DNA of 64,000 bases from a virus. Lineage: Duplodnaviria > Caudoviricetes. This document shows, in pieces, positions 35,995 to 45,611 of this stretch. Numbering within the stretch: the stretch's first letter is position 1; each line of letters opens with the position of its first letter. The position numbers were made by a program, and so were the translations under genes. Below the pieces are notes generated by a model, which was not told where the DNA came from, searched no databases, and worked only from the letters and a program-made list of their open reading frames with translations. Where the stretch lies: IMG/VR virus record IMGVR_UViG_3300032007_000036, positions 32,001-96,000 of that record; one strand, 5' to 3'.

Positions 35995-36603
35995 ATGTAT
36001 GACCCTGATATTCATGATCACAACTACCGACCGATAAATGACTCAGCGATGCAGCAGCAATGCGATATGCCGCAGGTCACGATCTACTCGGACGGAAGTT
36101 ATAAGCCGCAGATCAACTTTGGTGGTTATGGCACTCTCATGGAGTGCAATGGACACAGAGCTTTACTCTACGGCGGATCTCCATCGGACTCCAACAACAG
36201 AATGGAAATTACAGGAGTGTTGGCTGGACTTCGATTGCTGAACAGACCATGTGTTGTCACTGTTATCTCCGACTCGAGGTACGTTGTTGATGCCATCAAC
36301 GGCTACATCTGGTCATGGGTGTCGAACGACTGGATGACTTCTCAGAAGAAGCCAGTCGCCAACCGCGACCTTTGGGAAGAGATGCTGCAGTACATACAGA
36401 TCCACAGGATCCATGGTGTATGGATCAAGGGCCATACTGGTCATCCGGAAAATGAACGTTGTGATAGGCTTGCAACAATGGGCGCTTATCACTCGGCCAG
36501 TTTGCCGGTACCCGCTAGTAAGCAGTTACTGTACGACCTGTCGAAAGGAAAGTTTCCAGGTTCTGAGGATGACGACACGATTGAAAGTTACGATCTTCCC
36601 TAA
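35995..36603 (+). CDS. rnhA: Ribonuclease HI
   Basis: YSDGS, NNRME, SDS.YV, N.DLW and WIKGH.G..NE.CD.LA motifs; all four acidic catalytic residues present. Confidence 0.95.
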   Translation: MYDPDIHDHNYRPINDSAMQQQCDMPQVTIYSDGSYKPQINFGGYGTLMECNGHRALLYGGSPSDSNNRMEITGVLAGLRLLNRPCVVTVISDSRYVVDAINGYIWSWVSNDWMTSQKKPVANRDLWEEMLQYIQIHRIHGVWIKGHTGHPENERCDRLATMGAYHSASLPVPASKQLLYDLSKGKFPGSEDDDTIESYDLP

Positions 36604-36843
36604 CAGCACTCTAGGCTCCCGGCGGTTCTTACCGTCAGGAGTCTAGAGCTAACTGTTATCTTGGGTGGGTCTGGGGTACAGTACAGAGTATCTCAAATTT
36701 GAGATGACTGAGAGCAGTTCACGCAAGTAATGTGTGATGATTTTTGGGATTTAGAACTTGATCAAAAAAGAAACACTCTTTGAATTTAGCAAAAAAGAAA
36801 GGACCGCGTTAGCGATCCAGTCTCCGTAACCGGATTTCTCCGG

Positions 36844-37275
36844 TTACTTCTCGACGACCTTGACCAGGTCGTTCTCGAGCAGCTTCCTGATCTGGTCGAT
36901 GTCAAGAGTGCAGTCGATCCCACAGAAGGTACGGAAGAGCGTGATCGTCGTCTCGTACTTGTTCGAGAGAGCGTCCACGTTCGTGACCTCCAGGATCTCA
37001 CCGATGTTCACCGTGTCAGCGCTAGCACGCTTGTCCGGATCGACATCACCAGAAGGAAGGTTGAAGTCGCCGATCACCTCGAGCTTGTCACCCTTGTGGG
37101 CAACGAAGCAACGAGCGATATCACGCTTCCTGTACGCATCGTGCTCATCCTTACGAGACTCCTTCTCGGCAATTTCCTTGTCGATAAGAGCACGGAAGTG
37201 ATGCAGATCATCTGCGATCGACTTCATCGTGTCGTTGAAGGCAGCGAGGCGGTTTTCGAGTACTGTCAGGTTCAT
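36844..37275 (-). CDS. Hypothetical protein
   Basis: 143 aa with SD AAGGAG; terminator-like hairpin and U-tract downstream. Confidence 0.75.
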   Translation of the reverse strand: MNLTVLENRLAAFNDTMKSIADDLHHFRALIDKEIAEKESRKDEHDAYRKRDIARCFVAHKGDKLEVIGDFNLPSGDVDPDKRASADTVNIGEILEVTNVDALSNKYETTITLFRTFCGIDCTLDIDQIRKLLENDLVKVVEK

Positions 37276-37302
37276 TTCTTATTTCTCCTTGTTTGGTTGT
37301 TT

Positions 37303-37383
37303 GTGGAAAGGGTTGCAGACAGTAAAGCGTTATGTGAGTCGCTAGCTCACTTGCTCTCCACGGGCTTCCTGCTTCTGCCTGCA
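37303..37383 (-). promoter_or_regulatory. Structured 5' leader with a possible pseudoknot
   Basis: Three helices, two containing G.U pairs only on the minus strand; details in findings. Confidence 0.45.
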
Positions 37384-37469
37384 TGATTGTAATTAGTACA
37401 TGAAAAAAGAAGAACTACACCAGGTGGAGGGATCAATCCCTCCACCTGGTGAGTATGTTCCAGTCGATC

Positions 37470-39419
37470 TTAACGACGGCTGTTGAGCAGACGACTCATC
37501 TCACGATCCTGGATATCGCCAATCTTGAACCAGCGATCAGGTTCGTTGTGAGTGTTGAGCCAGCTACCCTCGGTGCCACGCTCCATGTCGGTGTGTGCAA
37601 CCCAAACGCGATAGTACGCACCGTTCTTCATCTTGACGATGGAGAATGTGTAGTCCTCGAATGCAATCATGCGCTCGATGGTGTCCGTACCGGTCAGCTC
37701 GTACTCATCGCCGCCAGCGCACTTCTTTAGCATGTTGACGACATGGAGGATAGACGGATTCGGAGTGCCGAACAGCATGTTCATGTATTCGCTCTGGGTA
37801 TGCTCTTCCGAGCATTTCTTCGTGTTCGGCTCTTCGCCGATCGGCTTCATGTTCGTCTGCGGCACAGCGACTTCCGTCTTGATCTCATCGAACCACTCGG
37901 TGGGCATGATTCCCTTGTTGTTCACGACCATCTCCTGCGTGATCTTGCGGTTGGCCTTGAACTTCTTGCCGGGGGCCTGAGGGAACTCAGCCTCATCACC
38001 CTCGTTGTAGATGACGATTTCTTCCATGATGTTTCCTTTCGTTAGAGATTCCTGGATTGGGCTGTCCTTCTCTTTGACCTCCATCAGGAGATCGAACAGA
38101 GTTCCGTTCTTGGTAGCCTCAGCGACCTCGACGTCAGTGAGATCCTTGGTGAGGCAGACGAACTCCTTACCAGGATATTCATCAAGAGTGACGAGTTCGC
38201 CCTTCTTGATAACGACGACAGGTTCCTTGACCTCAGCCTGATGATCAATGTCTGCCACAACAGAGGCAGGCTTCTCAGCATCAGGCTCAGCATCGCTCAT
38301 CTCGAAGGCTTCTTCCTTGAACGCTTCTGCGATTTCGCTCGCCGGTGCGTCAAAGGAATCGTTCCAGAGATCGTAGTCGACGATGTAGATCTTCTCAGGA
38401 TTGACGAAGTTCTTGAACTCGATGTCCGTGAACTCGTGAAGCACTGCCGCCTCCTCACCGTCCTTCTCAGGAACCGAGAGAATCCGGACAACGCCTTCAT
38501 CGCTGATATCGAACTTGACCCTAGTGGACATGAGGAGAACACGCTCGTTCTGAACTTCCTTAGCAGCCGGAGTGTCTGGCTTCTGTTTCTCAACAGGATT
38601 TTCCTGAGTGGTGTTCTCAGCACGCTGCACACGTTCGAACTTCTCGAGGAATGTATCGAGCATGCTCTCAGTGGAGCACTCGAACACATCGTCGATAGCG
38701 ACGTACGTTGCGGCAGAAGCAACCTTGTTCTCAGGATCCTTGAAAGACCAGACATCGACCTTCTGACCTTCCTCATCTTCCACGAAGATGGTGGCATCAC
38801 CGTCCTTGGAGATCGTCGTGACGATATCACCCTTGTGGAAGACGAGGTTCTTTGGAGGCTCATTCTCTTGCTGCTCCTCGGCAGGAGCGTCTCCAGGCTC
38901 AGGCATAGGCGGCTGTTCCTGGTTGATCGGCTTAAGATCTTCCTCCTTCACAGGTTTCGGAAGATCCTCCTCTATGCACATGTCCTGAATGAGACGAAAC
39001 ACGGGAACGTTCTTACCGTCCTTGAGCTCATTGGCGATCGTGCCAACAAGACGAGTCCAGCGCTTCAGGTTCTTCTGGTCTGTGACGACGAAGACGAAGT
39101 TGATAACCGTTCCTTTGCCTTCAGGGATAGGTTCCCTGATGACCTTGAACTGAGCCCATGAGGGATCAGGTCCGATGTCGAACGAGATCACCTCCCCCGT
39201 GAACTTGTTGGAGATGACGTTCGACGAGAACTCCTTGAGCTTGCCCATCAGTGTGGCATGCCGCTGGAGGCTCTTCATAACCTCGCTTGTGTCCACCCGC
39301 TCACCCAAACCGAGAATACGACGGAAGACGACGATAGGGCTCATCGACTTGACCGTGGACTTGTCCTTGGCGAGTGCGTCCAGGAAGACGCTAGTGAAGG
39401 TACTGTTGATGTTATTCAT
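37470..39419 (-). CDS. Large acidic multi-domain hypothetical protein
   Basis: 649 aa, overlapping the DNA polymerase stop; terminator at about 37418-37451. Confidence 0.75.
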   Translation of the reverse strand: MNNINSTFTSVFLDALAKDKSTVKSMSPIVVFRRILGLGERVDTSEVMKSLQRHATLMGKLKEFSSNVISNKFTGEVISFDIGPDPSWAQFKVIREPIPEGKGTVINFVFVVTDQKNLKRWTRLVGTIANELKDGKNVPVFRLIQDMCIEEDLPKPVKEEDLKPINQEQPPMPEPGDAPAEEQQENEPPKNLVFHKGDIVTTISKDGDATIFVEDEEGQKVDVWSFKDPENKVASAATYVAIDDVFECSTESMLDTFLEKFERVQRAENTTQENPVEKQKPDTPAAKEVQNERVLLMSTRVKFDISDEGVVRILSVPEKDGEEAAVLHEFTDIEFKNFVNPEKIYIVDYDLWNDSFDAPASEIAEAFKEEAFEMSDAEPDAEKPASVVADIDHQAEVKEPVVVIKKGELVTLDEYPGKEFVCLTKDLTDVEVAEATKNGTLFDLLMEVKEKDSPIQESLTKGNIMEEIVIYNEGDEAEFPQAPGKKFKANRKITQEMVVNNKGIMPTEWFDEIKTEVAVPQTNMKPIGEEPNTKKCSEEHTQSEYMNMLFGTPNPSILHVVNMLKKCAGGDEYELTGTDTIERMIAFEDYTFSIVKMKNGAYYRVWVAHTDMERGTEGSWLNTHNEPDRWFKIGDIQDREMSRLLNSRR

Positions 39420-41556
39420 CTTGTTGTTTCCTTGTTGTGTTTACCAAACGTGAGAGGATCCGGTGATCACCGTACACCTCGTTGAAGAGAAGTTTTGCGT
39501 TATCGTCATCGACGAACCCACAAGTTACACCGAGTTGCTGAAGGATTAGCCTAATCGGTCTCGTGTTTTCGTGAACGATGTCACGCACCATTACGAGAGG
39601 CATCAGTTCCTTGGGAATGACTGCCACCGTAGGAGCCAGAGCAATCTTGCTTGGCGGTTTCTTGTTCGCTAGGATAAATCCTTCGAACAGCTTTGCTACT
39701 TTAGGACTCGATTTCCTCAGGTCATCGAAATACTCCCTAGTCGGCTCTGCTATAGGAACAACGACGCACTTGGTAGGGATCTGGATATCGCCATACTTCC
39801 ATGCAAAGATTTCCTGCCATGCGTAGTAGTAATAGTACGGACTAGACATGGGTTTAGCATAACCGTCTTTAGATTTGATCGACTGTGGCTGACACCACGT
39901 GATACTGCCCTTAACAACTTCGCTGTAGATCTTGAGTTCCCACTCCATTGCTTTCTTGATGAGCTCGTGACCAGAGATCTTCTGGTTGAGCGAACCCAGC
40001 AGAATGTCCTGTACAATGAAGTTCTCACCGTACTGAGTTGCTGCCTTACAGATATCAGAACCCTTGAGCTGAACACCTTTTATGTCGGTGGATGGATTAG
40101 GCAGGATAACTCCTTCCTGCACAGTAATAACACCAGCGTAGGTTTTCTTGATATCTGCGAGACACATGGTCGGATAGAGGAACTCGTTCTTCATCGCCAT
40201 GTCTTTAACTCGATCTCCCTTAGCTCCGTGGCAGATGCTGTACAGCTTGAGAACATGGGCAACAGCCAGAGTTATCCAGTAGATCATGAGACAGGCGATG
40301 TGGTAAGTGCCGGGAGAGATCTTGTAGATGTCTCCGGTGTACCACTGAACCCAATCCTTGACAGTGAAGATAACCGAGTCTGTGTCGGAAATAACCGAGG
40401 AGTTGCGTTGCATGAACTTACGGTTGAGAACATCCGGGACACAGAGATCTGTGAAGATGAACGTGTCGAAGATGTCTTCCATTTTCTTCAGCTCACTCTC
40501 CACATGTCTGGCGATGTTGACGAACTTGACCGCTTTGTCAGGCATGTGTTTAGGCAGATCGTACACCTGGATCTCAGGATCTCCAGAACCCACAACGTCG
40601 TTGAATGCAACGTTGACCATGGTTACAAGAGCACCGTCGAGTTTGAACAAGTCATCTGCAACAACTCCATGTTCATCCTTGACAGAGCTCAGATCGAACA
40701 TAGCCTCTGCCCACGGACGGAAGATGCCGTCGTTGCCCATGATGATGTGCCGTAGATTCTGGTAGTACCAGAAGAATTGCACTTCCTCATCGGTCAGATG
40801 GCTTACTAGGTCGTCGACCCTTGAAAGTTCCTGTTCTTTATACCTGTGATAAATACACAACATGTCCTTGAAGAACTTGGAAAGCTCAGCCTTGCTGACG
40901 AATCTCATACCGTGATTCTGCAGACAGTTAAGAACTTTCTCAGGATCGATGCTACCTTGCAGGTGTATAGTCACATGGTTGATAAGCTGATCCAGAGAGA
41001 ACCAGCCGAAGTTTCCTCCGAGAACATGCTCGATACAGGTATTGGCATAACCGATCAAAGCTCGACCAGCACTGGTGATGCTATTGTAGTTAGCCTTGTC
41101 ATAGAAGATCGAATAAGAAGAGCCGTAATTCCCAGGCAGGGAGTTGACGCCGATTTTGATAACAGTCTGCAAGTAGTAGCAGATCAGCTGGTTGACAGTG
41201 TCGCCGATTGCTTTGTATTTGAGCATGTCTTTCTTGAACTTCTTCCTGAGCTTCAGTCGGTTCAAGATCATTTGAATCGTCTTACCAGTCTTCTTATCGT
41301 GTTGGCAGTAGAAACTGCCGTTGGGAGACAGGATGTCATCCGCATGTTTGTCAAGGTAAGTTACTAAGTCAACAGCTTTGAGCTGAGGTAGTCCCTCTGT
41401 AAGAGTATCCACCACCACAGCCGTCATCGGGCTGTAGCGGTCTTTACAGGCCAGACGGAATCGCCGATCTGCCTCCTCTTCAGAGAAACCAAACTTCCGT
41501 TGCAAATGGGTGACCATCGTGTCCCTGTACGTTTGTAATATCCTAGGACGTGACAT
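39412..41556 (-). CDS. Family B DNA polymerase, catalytic part (phiKZ gp50-like split polymerase)
   Basis: Motif B Q..IKI..NS..G, IT..GR, motif C SDTDS, KK.Y and KG; no exonuclease domain recognised. Confidence 0.88.
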   Translation of the reverse strand: MSRPRILQTYRDTMVTHLQRKFGFSEEEADRRFRLACKDRYSPMTAVVVDTLTEGLPQLKAVDLVTYLDKHADDILSPNGSFYCQHDKKTGKTIQMILNRLKLRKKFKKDMLKYKAIGDTVNQLICYYLQTVIKIGVNSLPGNYGSSYSIFYDKANYNSITSAGRALIGYANTCIEHVLGGNFGWFSLDQLINHVTIHLQGSIDPEKVLNCLQNHGMRFVSKAELSKFFKDMLCIYHRYKEQELSRVDDLVSHLTDEEVQFFWYYQNLRHIIMGNDGIFRPWAEAMFDLSSVKDEHGVVADDLFKLDGALVTMVNVAFNDVVGSGDPEIQVYDLPKHMPDKAVKFVNIARHVESELKKMEDIFDTFIFTDLCVPDVLNRKFMQRNSSVISDTDSVIFTVKDWVQWYTGDIYKISPGTYHIACLMIYWITLAVAHVLKLYSICHGAKGDRVKDMAMKNEFLYPTMCLADIKKTYAGVITVQEGVILPNPSTDIKGVQLKGSDICKAATQYGENFIVQDILLGSLNQKISGHELIKKAMEWELKIYSEVVKGSITWCQPQSIKSKDGYAKPMSSPYYYYYAWQEIFAWKYGDIQIPTKCVVVPIAEPTREYFDDLRKSSPKVAKLFEGFILANKKPPSKIALAPTVAVIPKELMPLVMVRDIVHENTRPIRLILQQLGVTCGFVDDDNAKLLFNEVYGDHRILSRLVNTTRKQQDE

Positions 41557-41668
41557 GGTTCAGTTTCCTTGTTTATAGTCTAGGTGACCAATTTAGTAAT
41601 TTATATACGTTCAGGTATTGGGAATTGCAATTTTATGAATTGTTTCATCCTAAAAATAAGGAGTTCAA

Positions 41669-42316
41669 ATGCTTATTCCTACAAAAGTCCTTCGCGACGA
41701 GAAGCAGACGGACAACAAAGTGAAACCCGATGACCAGATGTCGGCAGCAGCCATTTTCAAGGCACGTTGCTCAGTTGTCACTGGTATTGTGCGTTCTCTC
41801 GTACTTTACCTGTACCAGAACAATATCGATTCCGATACCGTCGAGAACAAGATAACAACAGTTATCAACGCTTTTGCCTCCACCAAGGAGATTCAGTCCA
41901 ACGATCTCACCTGGCTGCGCAACTGCTACGTTCCATCGCTTGCCTCCATGCGGTGTGCGATTGACTCGGAGTGCCCGTACGTCTCCATCTCGAATCAGGC
42001 TTACCTCTACTGGTACACGATCGTAGGTAACACCCTCGATGATACGTCTGCGTTCGAGTACATGTACGAGTCGGAGAACAACGGCCCGAAGCTCAACGAC
42101 AACGAGAAGTCTATTGTGTCGTCCTACCGTGAGGCTCAGAAAGCCTACTACGAGGCTCGTCGTAAGTTTGAGGATTATTTCCGCAAAGTTACTATCACGG
42201 CTCTCCGTGAAGTCCTTCTCCGTCACGGAACAATGTTCCAGCAGGTTGCTCCCGATTGGTACAAGTACGTTTCCAAGAGCGCAGGCTGCGATGCAGGTGA
42301 AGAGTCGGAGGGATAA
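41669..42316 (+). CDS. Hypothetical protein
   Basis: 215 aa with SD AAGGAG. Confidence 0.75.
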   Translation: MLIPTKVLRDEKQTDNKVKPDDQMSAAAIFKARCSVVTGIVRSLVLYLYQNNIDSDTVENKITTVINAFASTKEIQSNDLTWLRNCYVPSLASMRCAIDSECPYVSISNQAYLYWYTIVGNTLDDTSAFEYMYESENNGPKLNDNEKSIVSSYREAQKAYYEARRKFEDYFRKVTITALREVLLRHGTMFQQVAPDWYKYVSKSAGCDAGEESEG

Positions 42317-42523
42317 ATGCAAACTCAGGCATCCGCAACAAAGCAGATCGATAGCCGTCTTGATGAGTTAGAACGTCAGGACATAACGATTCAGCATGAA
42401 GTTTCGATGCTGCGAATGCATGTCACCCAGAACATAATCAATGTCGTCCCTGTCAGAACTGGCATACGAGCAGCGATGAATCTGGCGACATCTAAAACGT
42501 TACAACTTGTCCCTATGAAATGA
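42317..42523 (+). CDS. Hypothetical protein
   Basis: 68 aa abutting the upstream stop; SD GGAGG. Confidence 0.6.
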   Translation: MQTQASATKQIDSRLDELERQDITIQHEVSMLRMHVTQNIINVVPVRTGIRAAMNLATSKTLQLVPMK

Positions 42524-42545
42524 CAACCTTCAAGGAGGTTCTTTC

Positions 42546-43325
42546 ATGGACAAAGAAGCGAAACAGAAGTTTGCAGAGCAGTTCAACATCGTGAAGTTGG
42601 TTACCTCGTCGATATTTGCGAGGAAACAGAAGTTCTTGATCTTGAACGGCAACAAGCCCGATACGTTCTACTACACGAACATTCCTCATGAGAGGATGGC
42701 ATTGTATCGGGCTGCCCCAGACGATGTCATAAGCAAAGTGACTGTTAAGTCACCTGATGTGATGAATGCTCTCTACGATGCATTTCCGACGTTGAAGTCG
42801 GTTATAGCTGAAGTAGATGTTCAGGATTTGAGTACGAATCTGAACAAAGCCAAAAAAGAATACGGCGATTCGTTTCCTCCGATTGACATTGGCAAACTTA
42901 ATGAAAACAGTTTGTCGATGAATGTTGGTGGAGTGGATAAACCGATAGGAAGACTGTTACCTGAACACGGTCCAGTGTACTATGAAGAAGTCCTGGACAA
43001 CTTCAACAGATTCAGCGACAATGTTGTCAAGCGTCAGTTTAAAGCATCAGAGCAGATTGGTGATGACAAACTTGTTCTGGAGATAGTTGATCTTGAGATG
43101 GGCGACGGATCGAAGTGTGAGTTCGGTATTCCGGTTAAGGATGGAGTAGCGATGGTGTCTACGAAGGAATATGTCAACAAGCGGAATTTGGAGCCTGTGT
43201 ACGACATCCTTCTTCGTGTGAATCCAGAGACAAGAACATCCAGGTCGGCGATATTGTATTCGGATGATTGGCTTGACTCAATGACAATTATGCCAGGATT
43301 ACTCTGGTTCATGACAAAAATGTGA
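42546..43325 (+). CDS. Hypothetical protein
   Basis: 259 aa with SD AAGGAGG; terminator at about 43339-43380. Confidence 0.75.
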   Translation: MDKEAKQKFAEQFNIVKLVTSSIFARKQKFLILNGNKPDTFYYTNIPHERMALYRAAPDDVISKVTVKSPDVMNALYDAFPTLKSVIAEVDVQDLSTNLNKAKKEYGDSFPPIDIGKLNENSLSMNVGGVDKPIGRLLPEHGPVYYEEVLDNFNRFSDNVVKRQFKASEQIGDDKLVLEIVDLEMGDGSKCEFGIPVKDGVAMVSTKEYVNKRNLEPVYDILLRVNPETRTSRSAILYSDDWLDSMTIMPGLLWFMTKM

Positions 43326-43437
43326 CGTTTCTTGGTAGGAGAGAGGTGCCAGTTTGTGGCACCTCTCTCCCAACTTTTTATTTATTTGATACTACCTACC
43401 ATAATACGTTTATCGCATTAAAACATAGGAGATAATC

Positions 43438-45147
43438 ATGAGTGAAAATCCCAGTGCAGTCGATCTTGACAACTCTGCAGTTGAGCAGGTGGCAGCAGAA
43501 CCTGTAACAAGTGAGACTAAAGCTGATCCAGTTGTTCCTGCACCTGGATCAGTTCTTCGTGCTGCTGGAGCCGACCCTACTGCTCAGGCTCCTGATGAAT
43601 CGGCACTTGCTGCTGCTTTGGCTGGTGAATCCGAACAACCTCTTCCCGCAGAGCAAGAGCTCGCTGATCCCGATGATGATGAGGATGATGAAGGACAGTG
43701 GAAGGATCCTGCTGCGGAGTACGTGGACGACAAGTCTCGTGCATCCATCCTCGACAAAGACCTTTACCTCAACCAGGTGACTACTGGCAACCGTGATCCT
43801 AGGAAGGTTGCTGCAGTTCTCCGCAAGTTCTATCCTACTAAGGAAGCCCAGGAGAAAGCAGCTCAGGATCCTGTGTCTCTGTACAACCTTCTCTTGATTG
43901 CATTCAAGCAGGGTTGGGGAACTAACCAGGCTGCTTCGTACAGCAGTGCTCTTACTGCCAAGCAGGAAGACGGTTCTGCAGCTATCGACCATCTCGTTGA
44001 TGTGAAATCTGTTGGTCTTGAGGACAAGACCGCCAAGCGTATCAAGCACACCGAAGTCAACCTCACAGGAGATGCTGCGTACAACGCGTTCATGTCCAGG
44101 ATGTGCGGTTATCGCAAGATCAACCTTCTCAACTCTGGATTCTGGGTATCTGTTCGTCGTCCTGTGATTGACGAACTACAGGACATGTACGACATTATCG
44201 ACATGGAGCAGAAGGAACTCGGTTATGCGATAGGTTCACACTTCGCTCTGTGCACCGACATGTACGTCAAGATGAAGTTCTGCGAACTCTGCATCAAGTT
44301 CAAGATCATCGTGGATTCCAACCTGAAGGGTCTGTACAAGGATGACAACTTCATTCGTGCTCTGTCGATCCATGACTACGATGTTCTGATGCATGGGGTT
44401 CTGTCGCTGATGTCTCGCAAAGGACTTCGTCTCAGGATGGTCTGCCCTGACTGCTTCAAGTCTTCTGTTGTGGACAACATCGATCTGTCGTCTGCACGTT
44501 ATGTGAACCTAAACCTCCTCACTCCTGCTGTTCGCGAATGGTGGAACAAACCTGGCGTGACTCCGGATGGCAAGAGAGTTCTCTACACTCTCAAGGATCT
44601 TGAGAACTACCGTGAGAACATCCTCAACTTCAAGATGACGTTTGAGACGACGATCGGTGAAGCCAAGATCAGGTTCAACATGCGTGTGCCCACCATGTAC
44701 GAGTTCATTGAGGACGGTCGTATCCTTCTTGGACGTCTGCAGGAGATCATCGAGAACAGTTCGGATACTGATACTCGTAGGTCTCAGCAGCTGATGTCCA
44801 ACATCGATGCCCACTTCGTCAAGATGATTTCTCCGTGGGTAAAGAACACAGAGGAACTTGACGATGACGGTAACGTCGTCACTCGTACAGAAGACTCCAA
44901 CACTATTCTCAGCATCCTTGATATTGCCACGCAAGAACAGACGGATGTTCCGTTTGACAAGTTCACGGAATTCCTTGGCAGAAGCAAGATCACTTACATT
45001 GGAACCTACTCTCTCGAGTGTCCTCATTGCCACGCCAAGCCGGACGTCGGCCTTAAGAATCAGTTTTATCCTCTAGAGGTGCAGACGATTTTTTTCGGCC
45101 AAATGTTCCGTCTCTTGCCTGCGGAGCTTACTCAGTCGGCACGCTGA
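43438..45147 (+). CDS. Putative tail/baseplate assembly chaperone (phiKZ gp52-like) with two CxxC motifs
   Basis: L.NSGFW...R.P, CPDC, R.PT..E and CPHC motifs; slippery T7C near the 3' end. Confidence 0.55.
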   Translation: MSENPSAVDLDNSAVEQVAAEPVTSETKADPVVPAPGSVLRAAGADPTAQAPDESALAAALAGESEQPLPAEQELADPDDDEDDEGQWKDPAAEYVDDKSRASILDKDLYLNQVTTGNRDPRKVAAVLRKFYPTKEAQEKAAQDPVSLYNLLLIAFKQGWGTNQAASYSSALTAKQEDGSAAIDHLVDVKSVGLEDKTAKRIKHTEVNLTGDAAYNAFMSRMCGYRKINLLNSGFWVSVRRPVIDELQDMYDIIDMEQKELGYAIGSHFALCTDMYVKMKFCELCIKFKIIVDSNLKGLYKDDNFIRALSIHDYDVLMHGVLSLMSRKGLRLRMVCPDCFKSSVVDNIDLSSARYVNLNLLTPAVREWWNKPGVTPDGKRVLYTLKDLENYRENILNFKMTFETTIGEAKIRFNMRVPTMYEFIEDGRILLGRLQEIIENSSDTDTRRSQQLMSNIDAHFVKMISPWVKNTEELDDDGNVVTRTEDSNTILSILDIATQEQTDVPFDKFTEFLGRSKITYIGTYSLECPHCHAKPDVGLKNQFYPLEVQTIFFGQMFRLLPAELTQSAR

Positions 45148-45611
45148 ACCAACTTCAAGCAATAGCAACGTCTGCGCTGCTTAAGAACTTCGAGCGTATC
45201 TCTAATGAACCAGATGGTAGAGTGAGAGATCTTCTCATTCGCTTCTGTAACTGCAGCGATATGTTCTGGTTCAAGAATCTAGCTACACCGTGGAAACTAC
45301 ACCAAGTTCATGCGTGGGCTCCAAAGGTTGAGGTAGAAGACCCTGTTACGCACAAGATCGTTCTGGATGATCCAATACTTCCTAACGACTGGCGTGAGAG
45401 GGTCCTCAACCTTTGTGAGTATGAGTTCACGCATCAGAACTTCGGTCTAGGGTACAAAGATCTCATGGCGATGGATGTGGCAACATTCGAGGAAATCGAA
45501 GACAGGGTCCACGCCATGGCATCCAGACGAGCTGACGAGATGAAGAAACTTTCAAAGCCGGTCGAACAAGGATCTGGTGAAGACATATTGAAAGGAATTA
45601 AACAGAAATGA
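45096..45611 (+). CDS. -1 frame ORF, probably the frameshift extension of the 43438 gene
   Basis: Frame is open from 45057; first usable start (GTG 45222) has a weak SD; FGLGYKDLMAMD..TF is a chaperone-T-like motif. Confidence 0.6.
   Translation, partial: RPNVPSLACGAYSVGTLNQLQAIATSALLKNFERISNEPDGRVRDLLIRFCNCSDMFWFKNLATPWKLHQVHAWAPKVEVEDPVTHKIVLDDPILPNDWRERVLNLCEYEFTHQNFGLGYKDLMAMDVATFEEIEDRVHAMASRRADEMKKLSKPVEQGSGEDILKGIKQK

Noticed and set aside
35682-36603. Retron (msr-msd plus RNase H)
   Set aside because: No reverse transcriptase gene was recognised in the window, and RNase H is a common gene in phiKZ-like phages.
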